Shown piece after piece: positions 30,703 through 41,091 of a stretch of DNA of 64,000 nt. The position numbers and the translations under genes are program-made. The stretch's first letter is position 1. Each line of letters begins with the position of its first letter. The stretch is from a candidate division FCPU426 bacterium. Lineage in GTDB: Bacteria; Oederibacteriota; Muellerivitia; Muellerivitales; Muellerivitaceae. Below the pieces are notes generated by a model. That model was not told the origin of the DNA, made no database searches, and worked only from the letters and a program-made list of their open reading frames with translations. The stretch spans positions 83,651 through 147,650 of the forward strand of contig CAWKAR010000025.1 of assembly GCA_963847625.1 (NCBI GenBank), in the 5' to 3' direction.

Positions 30703-32942
30703 GGTTTTCGGCCAGGCTCCCCAAAGGTTGCGGTTTGGCTTAGCAACTGCAGGCCATCCTGGGCTTCCTTTTGCTGGGGGTTCATGGCCAAGGATGCGCG
30801 GTAGGCTTGTTCAGAGTCGTTATAATCCCCAATCATGCGGTAACAATCGCCCATGCGCGCGAAAGCATAGGGGTTTCTGGGGTCTTTTTTAATGGAGTCC
30901 TGGTAGCTATTGATCGCAGCCTGCCAATTATTTATGTTGTAATAAGTTTCACCCAGCATCAAGTATATTCGCGACAAGGTCTGGGGCTGTCGGTAATTTA
31001 ACGCGTTGTTGAAACACCAAAGGGCTAAGTCAGGCATTTTGTTCATCAAGGAGAAATAACCCGTAAAGTCGTAACCGATGCCATAGGAATCCTTCATGAC
31101 ATCGGTGTATTCGTCCCAGTAACCCCTATCCGGGGCGGTCATGTTTCTCAAACGGTAGGTGGACCACGTCTTGTTCAATCGATCCGTGGAAAAAGCGTAA
31201 TTCAAATCCTTTGTTTTCACAATCCGCCATAGAAAACCCTCCGGCACGGAGGGATTCTTTTCCCGCATCCAGGGCGCGGTGTAGATATTCGTGAAATAAA
31301 AGGATCTATCTTCGGCATGTTGATCGATGATGTCCTGGACCACCGTTTCGGGACGAATGTCATCATGTTGGTAAATATCTCGCCTCAAGGCCACCTTTAG
31401 GAAAGGCCACCGTTGGAACAGAGGATCCCTGTACCAATCATAGGGAATCAACTGCATGGTAAAAGAAGCCACTTCCGTGCGTTTATGCTCTACGAATTGC
31501 AGATACCAGAGGGGAAGAATGTCAATGTCGCCATTACAAAGGATAACACCGGACCGATTGACGGATTTGAGCATATTCACACCCTCGTCATAGGAGCTGA
31601 TGTAACGGCTTTGGTCGTTGAGGGGATAATTAAGCTCCAAAGGCACCAAGGCAAAACCAAGGCATAAGGCGGATAAAAAAAGAGGCGTGAGCCGGTAGGG
31701 CCATTCCCGGGTGACCCACTCAAAGATCGCCGCAAATCCCGCCGAAGCTAGGATGGACTCCATTAGGAAAACCGTGGTGAAAAAGTTATCCAGCGTCCAT
31801 TGATAACCTTCCAACGGCTTACAGTACTTCCAAACAGCCAACAAAATGCAAAGACCCATAGCCAGGAAGCTAGCCATGCTTGTCCGTTGGCGTTTAAACA
31901 GCCATATGACTCCCATAATTAACAATATTGCGACCAGGTAGGTGAAAATGGCTCCAAACTGGTCCTGGGCATGAAAAAAAAACCGCTTGACGTTACGGAT
32001 AAATGAATCCAAAGGGTGGGTCACGTCCCCGATGTTTTCATAACCTTTTCGAAGAAACGTTCCCCAAAGCCGGTCAAAATTATTTGGGTTCCACCAATTA
32101 ACTATCGGATTTTGGATGGCGCGGAGTGGGAGATATATATAAACAGACACAGGCAAAAAGGTGAAGCAAACGGCGCGAATTAAGTTAACGGTGCCCAGGG
32201 CAGATAAAATACTGACGGCATTTTCCGTAAAGTCGAACAACCGTAGCCGCAGGATGGAAGTAATGATTTTTGAAATGGGCACTCGGCGCTGTGCGGCAAG
32301 AAAAAGGATAAGATAACCTGGAAAAAGCACAAGCTGGTCATGATAATGGTTTGCCAAGCTCAGTCCGAAGACAAAGGACATGATAAGAAAGGATTTAATG
32401 AACCAACCGTTTTGCCTCATTTTGAACAATAAGAAAATCACGCTAACTGAGAGAAAGGTACTGAGAGTATAAATACCCCCTTTCGCTCCGCAGGCCTGAA
32501 ACCATTGTTGATAAGAGAAAGCGAAGATAAAAGCGCCAAACAAAGAGGGGATTTCCCAAATCCAGGGGCCCGGTTTATTCCCGTTTATAACCCCATCACC
32601 TTGTTCCACGGGACAGAAAATTTCCTTAAACATCATTTTCAGTATCCCGTAGGTCACAACTACTGATAACGTTCCCGTAATCACGGAAGCGAATGTCACC
32701 CGAAGCATCGGCTTTCCCAAGGGGAGAAGACAGTTGACCCTTCCCCAGAGAGCGTGTAAGGGATACCCGGGAGAATGGCTGATGGTCAACAGGTCGCAAA
32801 CCATGATGGTTTCACCCGAATCGTTGATATTGAATGTTCCGCAATGGGTGCGTAAGTAAAAAAAGAAAATTGTAAAAAATAAACCCAAAGGAATGTACAT
32901 CGTCACGCCCTTCCAAGAATCCTTTAAAACTGCATATCGCAA
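30699..32942 (-). CDS. DUF2723/TMEM260-like GT-C fold membrane glycosyltransferase with C-terminal TPR repeats
   Basis: N-terminal DSGETI...SHSPGYPLHALWG motif; many TM helices; C-terminal TPR-like repeats (AINSYQDSIKKDPRNPYAFARMGDCY...). Confidence 0.6.
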   Translation of the reverse strand: MRYAVLKDSWKGVTMYIPLGLFFTIFFFYLRTHCGTFNINDSGETIMVCDLLTISHSPGYPLHALWGRVNCLLPLGKPMLRVTFASVITGTLSVVVTYGILKMMFKEIFCPVEQGDGVINGNKPGPWIWEIPSLFGAFIFAFSYQQWFQACGAKGGIYTLSTFLSVSVIFLLFKMRQNGWFIKSFLIMSFVFGLSLANHYHDQLVLFPGYLILFLAAQRRVPISKIITSILRLRLFDFTENAVSILSALGTVNLIRAVCFTFLPVSVYIYLPLRAIQNPIVNWWNPNNFDRLWGTFLRKGYENIGDVTHPLDSFIRNVKRFFFHAQDQFGAIFTYLVAILLIMGVIWLFKRQRTSMASFLAMGLCILLAVWKYCKPLEGYQWTLDNFFTTVFLMESILASAGFAAIFEWVTREWPYRLTPLFLSALCLGFALVPLELNYPLNDQSRYISSYDEGVNMLKSVNRSGVILCNGDIDILPLWYLQFVEHKRTEVASFTMQLIPYDWYRDPLFQRWPFLKVALRRDIYQHDDIRPETVVQDIIDQHAEDRSFYFTNIYTAPWMREKNPSVPEGFLWRIVKTKDLNYAFSTDRLNKTWSTYRLRNMTAPDRGYWDEYTDVMKDSYGIGYDFTGYFSLMNKMPDLALWCFNNALNYRQPQTLSRIYLMLGETYYNINNWQAAINSYQDSIKKDPRNPYAFARMGDCYRMIGDYNDSEQAYRASLAMNPQQKEAQDGLQLLSQTATFGEPGRKP

Positions 32943-33036
32943 GCGTTTTTTTATCTAAATATTTTTCTTTGGTTCAAACATCTTTAATGTTATCAACTTT
33001 TATTAAATTCATAATATTATTCGGGGGAAGATTTTA

Positions 33037-34116
33037 TTAAATAAATCCTTTTTGGGTTAAATACTCCGCCACCAATAGGCCACCTTTGGCCGCGCCCATT
33101 TTAGTGTTATGTGAAACCAGCACGTATTTAAACCCATTCGACAAGGCGTTGTCGGCCCGAACTCTCCCGACTGTTGTCAACATTCCACCTTCCCGGTCCC
33201 GGTCAAGCCTCGGCTGGGGCCGGAATGGGTCCTCGGTCACGTCAATCAGGCGTTGAGGGCATGAAGGGAACTTAAGCGCAATAAAAGCTTTGCCAAAATC
33301 ACGCATAACCGATTTCACCTCATCTAAAGCAGCCTTTTTTTTAAGAGAAACATAAACAGCTTCGGTATGGGCTTCCAACACGGGAACCCGAGTGCAGGTC
33401 GCAGAAACCGGGAAAGACGCAGGAGAAATTTTACCACCCTTAAACGTTCCTAGGATTTTCTGGGTTTCTTTTTCAACTTTTTCTTCCTCTTTGGGAATAT
33501 AAGGAACGACATTATCAAGGATATCCAAACTAATGACCCCTGGTGACCTTCCCGCCCCAGAGCAGGCTTGCATGGATGTCATGAGCACCTGAAGGACTTC
33601 AAACGCGTCATGAAGAGGCTTTAACGTCATAGCCAATCCTGTTGTGGTACAGTTGGGCACGGGCGTGATAAAGCCCTTCCAGTTGCGGTTCTTTTTTTGT
33701 ATGGGGATAAGCTTGTCATGGTCTAAATTAACGCCCGGGATAAAGATCGGAACATCGTTCTCATAGCGGAAAGCCGAAGCCGTTGAAACGACCGGTGTGG
33801 TTTTTGCGTAACGGGGTTCAAGTTCCTTGGCCGCATCCGATTCCACAGCAGCGAAAATTAAATCCACTTTGGAAGCGTCGATTTTCGAGGCATCTTCAAC
33901 TTTAATTCCTGCAAATTCCGGATCGAGGGGTTCCTGGCAGTACCAACGAAAAGCTCCTGACACGTCGGTAATCGCTTCCTTAAATAGCTTTCCGGCTGAA
34001 CGTTCTGAAGCGGCCAAAGCCGCCACTTGGAAGAAGGGGTGCCCGGAAAGAGAAGCTAAAAATTGTTGGCCCGCCACGCCGGTTGCGCCGACGACGGCGA
34101 CTTTTTTCTTTTTCAT
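33037..34116 (-). CDS. asd: Aspartate-semialdehyde dehydrogenase
   Basis: Rossmann VAVVGATGVAGQ; active-site PNCTTTGL; 359 aa. Confidence 0.8.
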   Translation of the reverse strand: MKKKKVAVVGATGVAGQQFLASLSGHPFFQVAALAASERSAGKLFKEAITDVSGAFRWYCQEPLDPEFAGIKVEDASKIDASKVDLIFAAVESDAAKELEPRYAKTTPVVSTASAFRYENDVPIFIPGVNLDHDKLIPIQKKNRNWKGFITPVPNCTTTGLAMTLKPLHDAFEVLQVLMTSMQACSGAGRSPGVISLDILDNVVPYIPKEEEKVEKETQKILGTFKGGKISPASFPVSATCTRVPVLEAHTEAVYVSLKKKAALDEVKSVMRDFGKAFIALKFPSCPQRLIDVTEDPFRPQPRLDRDREGGMLTTVGRVRADNALSNGFKYVLVSHNTKMGAAKGGLLVAEYLTQKGFI

Positions 34117-34425
34117 CTAAAAACCTCGTTGAAATATGTGATATCCGGAACTGGGGAAGGAAAGAATATCATATTTGCATGTAGTTTCAATGCCCGAAGG
34201 CCTGTTTGTCAGAGAACGTCCTTCTCCCCTTTTCGCAAATGATTTAATAATTCAAAAAGGGGCAAAACCGGACAACTGATCAAGGAATAACTTGGTTTTC
34301 AGACCATGTCTTTTTGACGGATTTCCCCGAAACGATGGGTCGCTTCTAAAAAGAATTACACTAGACCGGTCATAGGGTTACTTTCAAAAATTGCGCAAAA
34401 ACCTGATTTTCTCCACATACGACTA

Positions 34426-35181
34426 TTATGGTATTTTGGTCTTACTGCTTGCTTCATATCGCTTTTTGCCGACATTCAAATCAATAAAGCAAAGGTAAAC
34501 GCCTGGAGGCAAAAACCGCCCCTCCTCATCCTTCCCATCCCATGAAAATTCATGGGGACCGGCGGTCAAGTATTCCAGTTTTTCTTTCTTATTAAACTCA
34601 TAAATCCGAATGATCCTAAAACCAGAGGTGTAAATTTTCAGGAATACCTTCTCCACGGGGGTGTTTGCCGCCCAGGAAAATTTCACCAATCCATCACTAT
34701 CAGGTTTGGGTGAAATTAAGAATTTAAATATACCGGGTGTGGATGTTGCCGTTGGAGTCGCCGTGGAAGTTCTTGTGGCTGTAACGGTGACAGTGTGCGT
34801 AACGGTTGGAGTTGGGGTTGGCGTTACGGATGGGGAGAGGGTACCCGTGGGAGTATAAGTGAAAGTGATGGTAGGCGTAGGGGTCGATGAAGGAGTCGGC
34901 GTTATGGACGGGGAGAGTGTGCCTGTGGGAGTCGGCGAAATAGTGACCGTAGGCGTGAAAGAAGGTGAAGGGGTTGGCGTGAATGTGGGGGATAAAATCT
35001 CAATGGGCGTGGGGGTTAAAACCTGGCCATGGGAAATACCCAAAGTGGCTATAAGAAGACTGAGTGTTAAAATTCCATGTTTCAAATTGGCATTGATAGC
35101 TTCCGGAAAACCGCACATTTTATTGATTTTTTTAAATAATCCTCGGAAGATCGGGAAATAGGTCAACCAACACCTCATCAA
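34426..35181 (-). CDS. Secreted Pro/Thr-repeat protein with the shared C-terminal domain
   Basis: TPTPSPSFTPTVT repeats; C-terminus FSWDGKDEEGRFLPPGVYLCFIDL similar to the C-termini of 22834-24078 and 24397-27966. Confidence 0.55.
   Translation of the reverse strand: MMRCWLTYFPIFRGLFKKINKMCGFPEAINANLKHGILTLSLLIATLGISHGQVLTPTPIEILSPTFTPTPSPSFTPTVTISPTPTGTLSPSITPTPSSTPTPTITFTYTPTGTLSPSVTPTPTPTVTHTVTVTATRTSTATPTATSTPGIFKFLISPKPDSDGLVKFSWAANTPVEKVFLKIYTSGFRIIRIYEFNKKEKLEYLTAGPHEFSWDGKDEEGRFLPPGVYLCFIDLNVGKKRYEASSKTKIP
34745..34995. repeat. Pro/Thr-linker-encoding low-complexity repeat
   Basis: Periodic gt/gg-rich tracts. Confidence 0.6.
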
Positions 35182-35185
35182 CCCA

Positions 35186-36262
35186 TTATTTTATTTCTTT
35201 TATGATCAAGTTGCCCATTTCAGCGCAAGAGGATATTTTTTCTCCTTTTTTCGCCAAATCGGCCGTGCGAAATCCCTGATTCAGGACTTTTTCGACCGCA
35301 TTTTCAACTGCGGTTGATTCTTTCAAAAGATGAAAACTATATTTTAGCATCATCGCGATAGACAAAATCATGGCCAACGGGTTGGCCTTCCCCGTTCCGG
35401 CGATATTAGGAGCCGATCCATGGGAAGGTTCGTAGAGCCCCACTTTCCCGCCCAGGGAAGCTGAGGGAAGCATGCCTAGTGAACCGGTGAGCATGGAGGC
35501 TTCGTCTGATAGGATATCCCCGAACAAATTGGTGGTGACTAAAACATCAAACTGCTTGGGATTGAGTATCAACTGCATGGCCGCGTTATCCACCAATTGG
35601 TGCTCAAAAAAGATGTCAGGGTATTTTTTCGAGGTCTCTTCGGCCGCATCGTGCCAAAGTCGTGAAGACTCTAAAACATTAAACTTGTCCACACTAGTGA
35701 CTTTCCTGCGCCGTAATTTTGCTAATTCAAAGGCCAGACTGGCGATTCTTTCCACTTCGCGGGTATGATATATTTCAGTATTGACCCCGTACCTTTCCTG
35801 ACCTTCCCCAAAGATGCCCCGGGGTTCCCCAAAGTAAATGCCGGAGATAAGTTCCCGGACAATCAACATATCTACTCCGTCGATGATTTCCGGCTTCAGT
35901 GTGGAGGCTTCCTTTAATGCGGCAAAGAGTTTCACTGGACGCAGGTTGGCGTAAAGATCAAGACCCTTGCGAAGGCCCAGTATCCCTGCCTCGGGCCGTT
36001 TCTTATTTTCCAACTTATCCCACTTGGGTCCGCCCATGGGGGCCTTGATCACCGCTTGGCCCGCTTGACAAGCCTTGAGGGTATGATCCGGAAGAGGCGT
36101 ATCAAATTTGTCGATGGCCGCCCCGCCGGCGTCCTGGTTTTCAAATTCGAATTTATGCCCAAAAACTTCACCCACCCGACCCAGCACTTTCATGGATTCC
36201 AGGCAGATTTCAGGACCGATCCCGTCTCCGGCTAGAACGACTATATGAAAGTTCAATGCCAA
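35186..36262 (-). CDS. leuB: 3-isopropylmalate dehydrogenase
   Basis: IVVLAGDGIGPE N-terminus; full-length LeuB-like. Confidence 0.85.
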   Translation of the reverse strand: MALNFHIVVLAGDGIGPEICLESMKVLGRVGEVFGHKFEFENQDAGGAAIDKFDTPLPDHTLKACQAGQAVIKAPMGGPKWDKLENKKRPEAGILGLRKGLDLYANLRPVKLFAALKEASTLKPEIIDGVDMLIVRELISGIYFGEPRGIFGEGQERYGVNTEIYHTREVERIASLAFELAKLRRRKVTSVDKFNVLESSRLWHDAAEETSKKYPDIFFEHQLVDNAAMQLILNPKQFDVLVTTNLFGDILSDEASMLTGSLGMLPSASLGGKVGLYEPSHGSAPNIAGTGKANPLAMILSIAMMLKYSFHLLKESTAVENAVEKVLNQGFRTADLAKKGEKISSCAEMGNLIIKEIK

Positions 36263-36294
36263 ATCCTTTTTTTCGGGCGAAGGCCGTCTGAGGG

Positions 36295-37872
36295 TTAAAT
36301 GCCTTTCATGGCCGCAAATGCGGCTTTTGCGCTTTTCTTTTTATGTTTTAAGAAAAGTTTGTTGACGCCGCTTAGGTAAGCCTTGGCCGAAGCTTCTATG
36401 ACGTCGGTGGAAACACCCCGGCCGTGGACTTCATCGCCGTCAACAGAAATACTTACCGTTACTTCCCCCTGGGCATCCCTCCCCTGGGTCAGGGCTTTCA
36501 AGGCATAATTCTGGAGCTTTCCCTTAAAACCAGTGGCCCGATCAATGGCGTTGAAAACCGCGTCCACCGGGCCGTCACCTGTGGCCGCCTCCTGCACTTC
36601 CTTGTCACCCTTTTTGATCTTCAAGGTGGCCGTGGGCAGGGTAGAAGTTCCAGCGGACGTGTGCAAATAGGTCAACTGATAAAGCTCGGCGGAGGAGTAA
36701 ATCTTCTCCTCGATCAAAGCCTCGATGTCTTCGTCATAGATATCTTTTTTCTTATCGGCTAATTCCTTGAACTTGGAAAAAAGAGTCTCCACGATTTCTT
36801 CCGCGAGGTTGTAGCCCAAGCCTTCCAACCGGCTTTTAAAAGCATGACGGCCCGAATGTTTACCCAAAACCAGACGACTGGAAGGTATACCAATGGATTG
36901 GGGCGTCATGATCTCATAGGTTTGGCCATATTTGAGAATGCCGTCCTGATGGATGCCGCTTTCATGGGCGAATGCGTTGCTTCCTACGACGGCCTTGTTG
37001 GGCTGGATTAAAAATCCAGTTAAGGTCGAAACCAGCCGGCTGGTCTTGTAAATTTCCTGGGTATTAATATTCGTATAGAAGGGGTACTTGTCCGAACGGG
37101 TTTTGAGGATCATGACGATCTCTTCCAGGCTCGCGTTACCCGCCCGCTCGCCGATGCCGTTGATCGTGCACTCAACCTGCCTCACTCCGTTTTGGATGCC
37201 CGCGATGGAATTGGCGACCGCAAGCCCCAGGTCGTTATGGCAGTGGACCGAAATGATGGCTTTTTCAATGTTGGGAACCTTGTTGCGTAAATAGGCTATG
37301 GTTTTGCCGAACTCTTCAGGAATGGAGTAACCCACTGTATCCGGGATATTGACCGTCCGGGCACCATGCTTAATGGCCATTTCGATCATCTTGCACAGAT
37401 AATCCAAATCCGAACGGGAAGCGTCCATAGCGGAAAATTCCACATCTTCCACGTATCGGCGGGCCAATTTGACCGAGTCAATGGCCGTTTGAAGGATCTC
37501 CTCCCGGGACTTGCGGAAGAGATACTTGAGGTGGATGTCGGAAGAGGAAATGAAAGTGTGGATGCGGGGCCGTTTGGCGGATTTGACTGCCTTGGCGCTG
37601 GCTTCAATGTCTTTCTTGATGGCGCGCGCCAAGCCGGCTACGACCGTTTTCTTGAGAGTCTTGGCGATTTTTTCAACCGCCTCGAAATCTCCGGGGGAAG
37701 CAGCGGGAAAACCCGCCTCAATGATGTCGATACCCAGCTTTTCCAGCTGGATCGCGATCTTGATTTTTTCCTCGGTGTTGAGGCTGGCCCCGGGGGCCTG
37801 TTCCCCATCCCTAAGGGTGGTGTCAAAAATAAAAATTCTTTCTTGTTTTGGCGAACCGCGTTTAGGTTTCAT
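36295..37872 (-). CDS. leuA: 2-isopropylmalate synthase (or closely related citramalate synthase)
   Basis: [13 protein letters not shown]; [12 protein letters not shown] metal site; 525 aa short form. Confidence 0.75.
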   Translation of the reverse strand: MKPKRGSPKQERIFIFDTTLRDGEQAPGASLNTEEKIKIAIQLEKLGIDIIEAGFPAASPGDFEAVEKIAKTLKKTVVAGLARAIKKDIEASAKAVKSAKRPRIHTFISSSDIHLKYLFRKSREEILQTAIDSVKLARRYVEDVEFSAMDASRSDLDYLCKMIEMAIKHGARTVNIPDTVGYSIPEEFGKTIAYLRNKVPNIEKAIISVHCHNDLGLAVANSIAGIQNGVRQVECTINGIGERAGNASLEEIVMILKTRSDKYPFYTNINTQEIYKTSRLVSTLTGFLIQPNKAVVGSNAFAHESGIHQDGILKYGQTYEIMTPQSIGIPSSRLVLGKHSGRHAFKSRLEGLGYNLAEEIVETLFSKFKELADKKKDIYDEDIEALIEEKIYSSAELYQLTYLHTSAGTSTLPTATLKIKKGDKEVQEAATGDGPVDAVFNAIDRATGFKGKLQNYALKALTQGRDAQGEVTVSISVDGDEVHGRGVSTDVIEASAKAYLSGVNKLFLKHKKKSAKAAFAAMKGI

Positions 37873-37886
37873 TTATTTCTCCTAAT

Positions 37887-38786
37887 TTATATCCGGTCGA
37901 TGTTGGACAAATTTTGAGTGTGAATAGATTTTGTTTTCTTTATTTTTTCAACGCTCTTTTTTGTAAGTGCTTGGACAATCCCCCACAAGAGATAAATCGT
38001 CAAAAATACGAATGCGGTCGGTTCAAATGCGTAAAAAAGCAAGAAAATGAGCATCACCATCATCATCAGGGTCAACGGTTTTATGGTTTCCCTCCTCAGT
38101 TTTTTCAAGCCGGGATATCGGATTGTTGAAACCATAACAAGCGCCACTACGACTGTCAGTATTGGGATAAAACGGAGTTCAATACTGCTTAGATTTTCCT
38201 CGTACAAGTTCATGACCTTATTCAAGAAAATACCTTTCCCATACCAGCCGCCCCAACGGGACAGGAGGACATAACTAGTAAGCAATCCCGCAGCCGCGGG
38301 ACTCGGCAAGCCCATGAAATGAGTCTTTTCCTCAACTTGCGACTGGACGTTGAAACGGGCCAACCTGATGGCGGCGCAAACCACGTACAAGACCATAATA
38401 AAAATTCCCCAGGGTATGTACCTAAGGACGGATAAATATATCAAAAGAGCCGGGGCCACTCCAAAACTGATCAAGTCGGATAAGCTGTCGAATTCCACCC
38501 CGAATTTCGAGGTGGTTCCCGTGACGCGAGCTACGAAACCATCCATAAAGTCGACAAAGGCGGCGGCGATGATGAGTCGGGCGGGCCAGACAAAGGGTAT
38601 GATCTTTGTTTCTGCCGCCAAGGACAAGTTTAAGGAATCATCGATGGCAAAGCGGATGGCCAGGATCCCTAATACCATATTGATGGCCGTAAAAAAATTC
38701 GGAAGCAAGTAAATGGACTTCCGCAGCCGCGAGTTGGCCGCCCGGCCCGACTCATATTCGCTTGATTTTATTCTCAGTGCGCTCAT
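37887..38786 (-). CDS. pssA: CDP-diacylglycerol--serine O-phosphatidyltransferase (CDP-alcohol phosphatidyltransferase family)
   Basis: DGFVARVTGTTSKFGVEFDSLSD matches D-G-x2-A-R-x8-G-x3-D-x3-D; multiple TM helices. Confidence 0.7.
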   Translation of the reverse strand: MSALRIKSSEYESGRAANSRLRKSIYLLPNFFTAINMVLGILAIRFAIDDSLNLSLAAETKIIPFVWPARLIIAAAFVDFMDGFVARVTGTTSKFGVEFDSLSDLISFGVAPALLIYLSVLRYIPWGIFIMVLYVVCAAIRLARFNVQSQVEEKTHFMGLPSPAAAGLLTSYVLLSRWGGWYGKGIFLNKVMNLYEENLSSIELRFIPILTVVVALVMVSTIRYPGLKKLRRETIKPLTLMMMVMLIFLLFYAFEPTAFVFLTIYLLWGIVQALTKKSVEKIKKTKSIHTQNLSNIDRI

Positions 38787-39451
38787 TTCAATTCCCCTAA
38801 CACCGTTAAACCGGCTTGTACCTTGTCTCCCAATTTAACAACGGGCTTAAAATCCATGGGAAGAAACAGATCCACCCGGGAACCAAGCAGGATTCTCCCG
38901 AAACGTTCCCCCCGTTTTAACCGCTTGCCATTCTCGGCATCGGTCTTTACTCTCCGGCAAAGGAAACCTGCGATCTGTTTGAGGACAGCTCTCCTTTTTT
39001 TTCTTCCCGGGAGTTCCAATACCAAGTGAGCCTGTTCATTTTTTAAATCGGCCTTATCTTCATAAGCCGCCAGAAATTGACCCGGGTGGTAAACTTTTTT
39101 CACCACCCGGCTATCGAAAGGAGCCCGTTGGACGTGGTTGTTCAATGGGTTCATGAAAATGGCGATGTGGAATGCCCGCTTTTTGAGGTAAAGCCTTTCA
39201 AATTCTTCCCCAAAAACCACAATTTTTCCATCTGCCGGGCTTACAACCTCGTTCGGATCCAACAAGCTGTCAGGTATCCGTTCAAAATCCCTGAAAAAAT
39301 TCAACATCAGGGCTATCGCCAACAAAATCACAACGCCTGTTAAGATTAGCCAAAACATCTGGTAATGCTTACCCACACCCACCAAGGCCATGCCAGCCAA
39401 AAAGGTCGGCACAACCATGCTCCAAGTTTCTTTAACAAATGGCAGCTTCAT
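38783..39451 (-). CDS. psd: Phosphatidylserine decarboxylase-related protein (short form)
   Basis: C-terminal GERFGRILLGSRVDLFLP resembles the Psd proenzyme cleavage region; ATGA overlap with pssA. Confidence 0.6.
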   Translation of the reverse strand: MKLPFVKETWSMVVPTFLAGMALVGVGKHYQMFWLILTGVVILLAIALMLNFFRDFERIPDSLLDPNEVVSPADGKIVVFGEEFERLYLKKRAFHIAIFMNPLNNHVQRAPFDSRVVKKVYHPGQFLAAYEDKADLKNEQAHLVLELPGRKKRRAVLKQIAGFLCRRVKTDAENGKRLKRGERFGRILLGSRVDLFLPMDFKPVVKLGDKVQAGLTVLGELK

Positions 39452-40449
39452 TATTTCTCGGCTGGTTTGCTCCAGTTGAACATGCTCCTTACCTGGGCCC
39501 CAACTTTCTCTATCAAATGCTGGGAATCGTTCTTTAACAGAGCGTTATAAACAGGCCGATTGGCCAGGTTTTCCAGTATGAACTCCCGTGCGAATGAACC
39601 GGACTGGATTTCCGCCAGGATTCGCTGCATTTCATGACGTGTACTATCGTTAATGATACGACGTCCCCGGGTAACATCACCGTATTTCGCCGTGGTTGAA
39701 ATGGCATCCCTCATGCCACTAATGCCTTTTTCGTATATCAGGTCCACTATAAGTTTCACCTCATGGAGACATTCAAAGTAGGCTGATTCGGGCTGATAAC
39801 CAGCCGCCACGAGAGTCTCAAAACCGGATCGAATCAATTCTGTTAAACCCCCGCACAAAACCACTTGTTCCCCGAACAAATCGGTTTCAGTTTCTTCCTT
39901 GAAAGTTGTCTCCAAAATCCCTGCTCGGGTGGCGCCGATAGCCTTTCCATAGGCCAAAGCCAACTTCAGGGCGTTCCCTGTGGCATTTTGAAATACAGCC
40001 ACCAAGGCCGGAACTCCCTTACCATCTAAATAGGTCCGGCGAACCAAATGGCCGGGACTTTTTGGCGCAATCATGAATACGTCCACGTCAGAAGGCGGTA
40101 CGATCTGGCCGAAATGGATGTTGAATCCATGAGAAAACATGAGGGCTTTTCCCGCTTTCATCGAAGGAAGAATATCGTTTCGGTAAAGGGCTCCCTGGAG
40201 GTCGTCTTGAATAAGAATTTGGATGATATCGGCTTTGGCCGCCGCTTCCTTGGCATTATAGACTGCTATTCCATCAGCTTTGGCCTGTTGTATAGTCTTT
40301 TCGAACTTTTCGGCGACAATAACCGAAATGCCGGAATCCTTCAGATTCAAAGCTTGATTTCGCCCTTGGTTACCGTAACCAATAATCGCGATTGTTTTAC
40401 CCTTAAGAACGTTTAAATCGGCATCCTGTTCGTAATAAATTTTTGCCAT
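39451..40449 (-). CDS. ilvC: Ketol-acid reductoisomerase
   Basis: [29 protein letters not shown] (start at 40449; ORF open to 40509). Confidence 0.85.
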   Translation of the reverse strand: MAKIYYEQDADLNVLKGKTIAIIGYGNQGRNQALNLKDSGISVIVAEKFEKTIQQAKADGIAVYNAKEAAAKADIIQILIQDDLQGALYRNDILPSMKAGKALMFSHGFNIHFGQIVPPSDVDVFMIAPKSPGHLVRRTYLDGKGVPALVAVFQNATGNALKLALAYGKAIGATRAGILETTFKEETETDLFGEQVVLCGGLTELIRSGFETLVAAGYQPESAYFECLHEVKLIVDLIYEKGISGMRDAISTTAKYGDVTRGRRIINDSTRHEMQRILAEIQSGSFAREFILENLANRPVYNALLKNDSQHLIEKVGAQVRSMFNWSKPAEK

Positions 40450-40548
40450 TTTCACTTCCTCCCTTTTTTGCTGACTAACCACCAATCGCACACCGTAACA
40501 AAATTTCAAAGATTTATTTTTCAGGCTACTTAAGATTGAAAACCAATT

Positions 40549-41091
40549 TTAAAGATTGGACTGTCCGGCTTTTCCGGCCTGCACTTTTACTGTTTTTTCT
40601 TCTTCCTCGTGAACTTTCTTTCCCCGGGAAATGGCAACCTCACCGGTACGAACCATTTCAATAATTCCATAATTTTTCAAAAGTTCGATCATCCCATTGA
40701 TCTTACTTTCCTTGCCCGTGACCTCGATGATGAAGCTCTTGAGGGCCACGTCCACGATTTTAGCGTCGAAGCATTGGACGATTTCCATGACCTGGCTTCG
40801 CGAGTGGGGCTCTGCCTTGACCTTGATGAGGGTCAAGTCCCGTGCGATGAAATCGTCGCCAGTCAAGTCCACCACTTTAATAACGTCGACAAGCTTGTTC
40901 AACTGCTTTTCCACCTGATCAATGATCTGGTCGTCGCCCTTCGCGACGATGGTCATTCGGGAGATGGCAGGGTTGTCGGTGATGCCCACCACCAGGCTGT
41001 CGATGTTGTAACCCCGAGCCGAGAAAAGATTTGAAACCCGGGAAAGCACCCCCGCATGATTATTCACTAAAACCGAAATAGTATGCCTCAT
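40549..41091 (-). CDS. ilvN: Acetolactate synthase small (regulatory, ACT) subunit
   Basis: MRHTISVLVNNHAGVLSRVSNLFSARGYNIDSL. Confidence 0.85.
   Translation of the reverse strand: MRHTISVLVNNHAGVLSRVSNLFSARGYNIDSLVVGITDNPAISRMTIVAKGDDQIIDQVEKQLNKLVDVIKVVDLTGDDFIARDLTLIKVKAEPHSRSQVMEIVQCFDAKIVDVALKSFIIEVTGKESKINGMIELLKNYGIIEMVRTGEVAISRGKKVHEEEEKTVKVQAGKAGQSNL

Noticed and set aside
34117-34425. Possible lysine or SAM riboswitch in the 310-bp leader upstream of asd.
   Set aside because: I could not recognise the conserved cores of either element by eye; a covariance-model scan would be needed.
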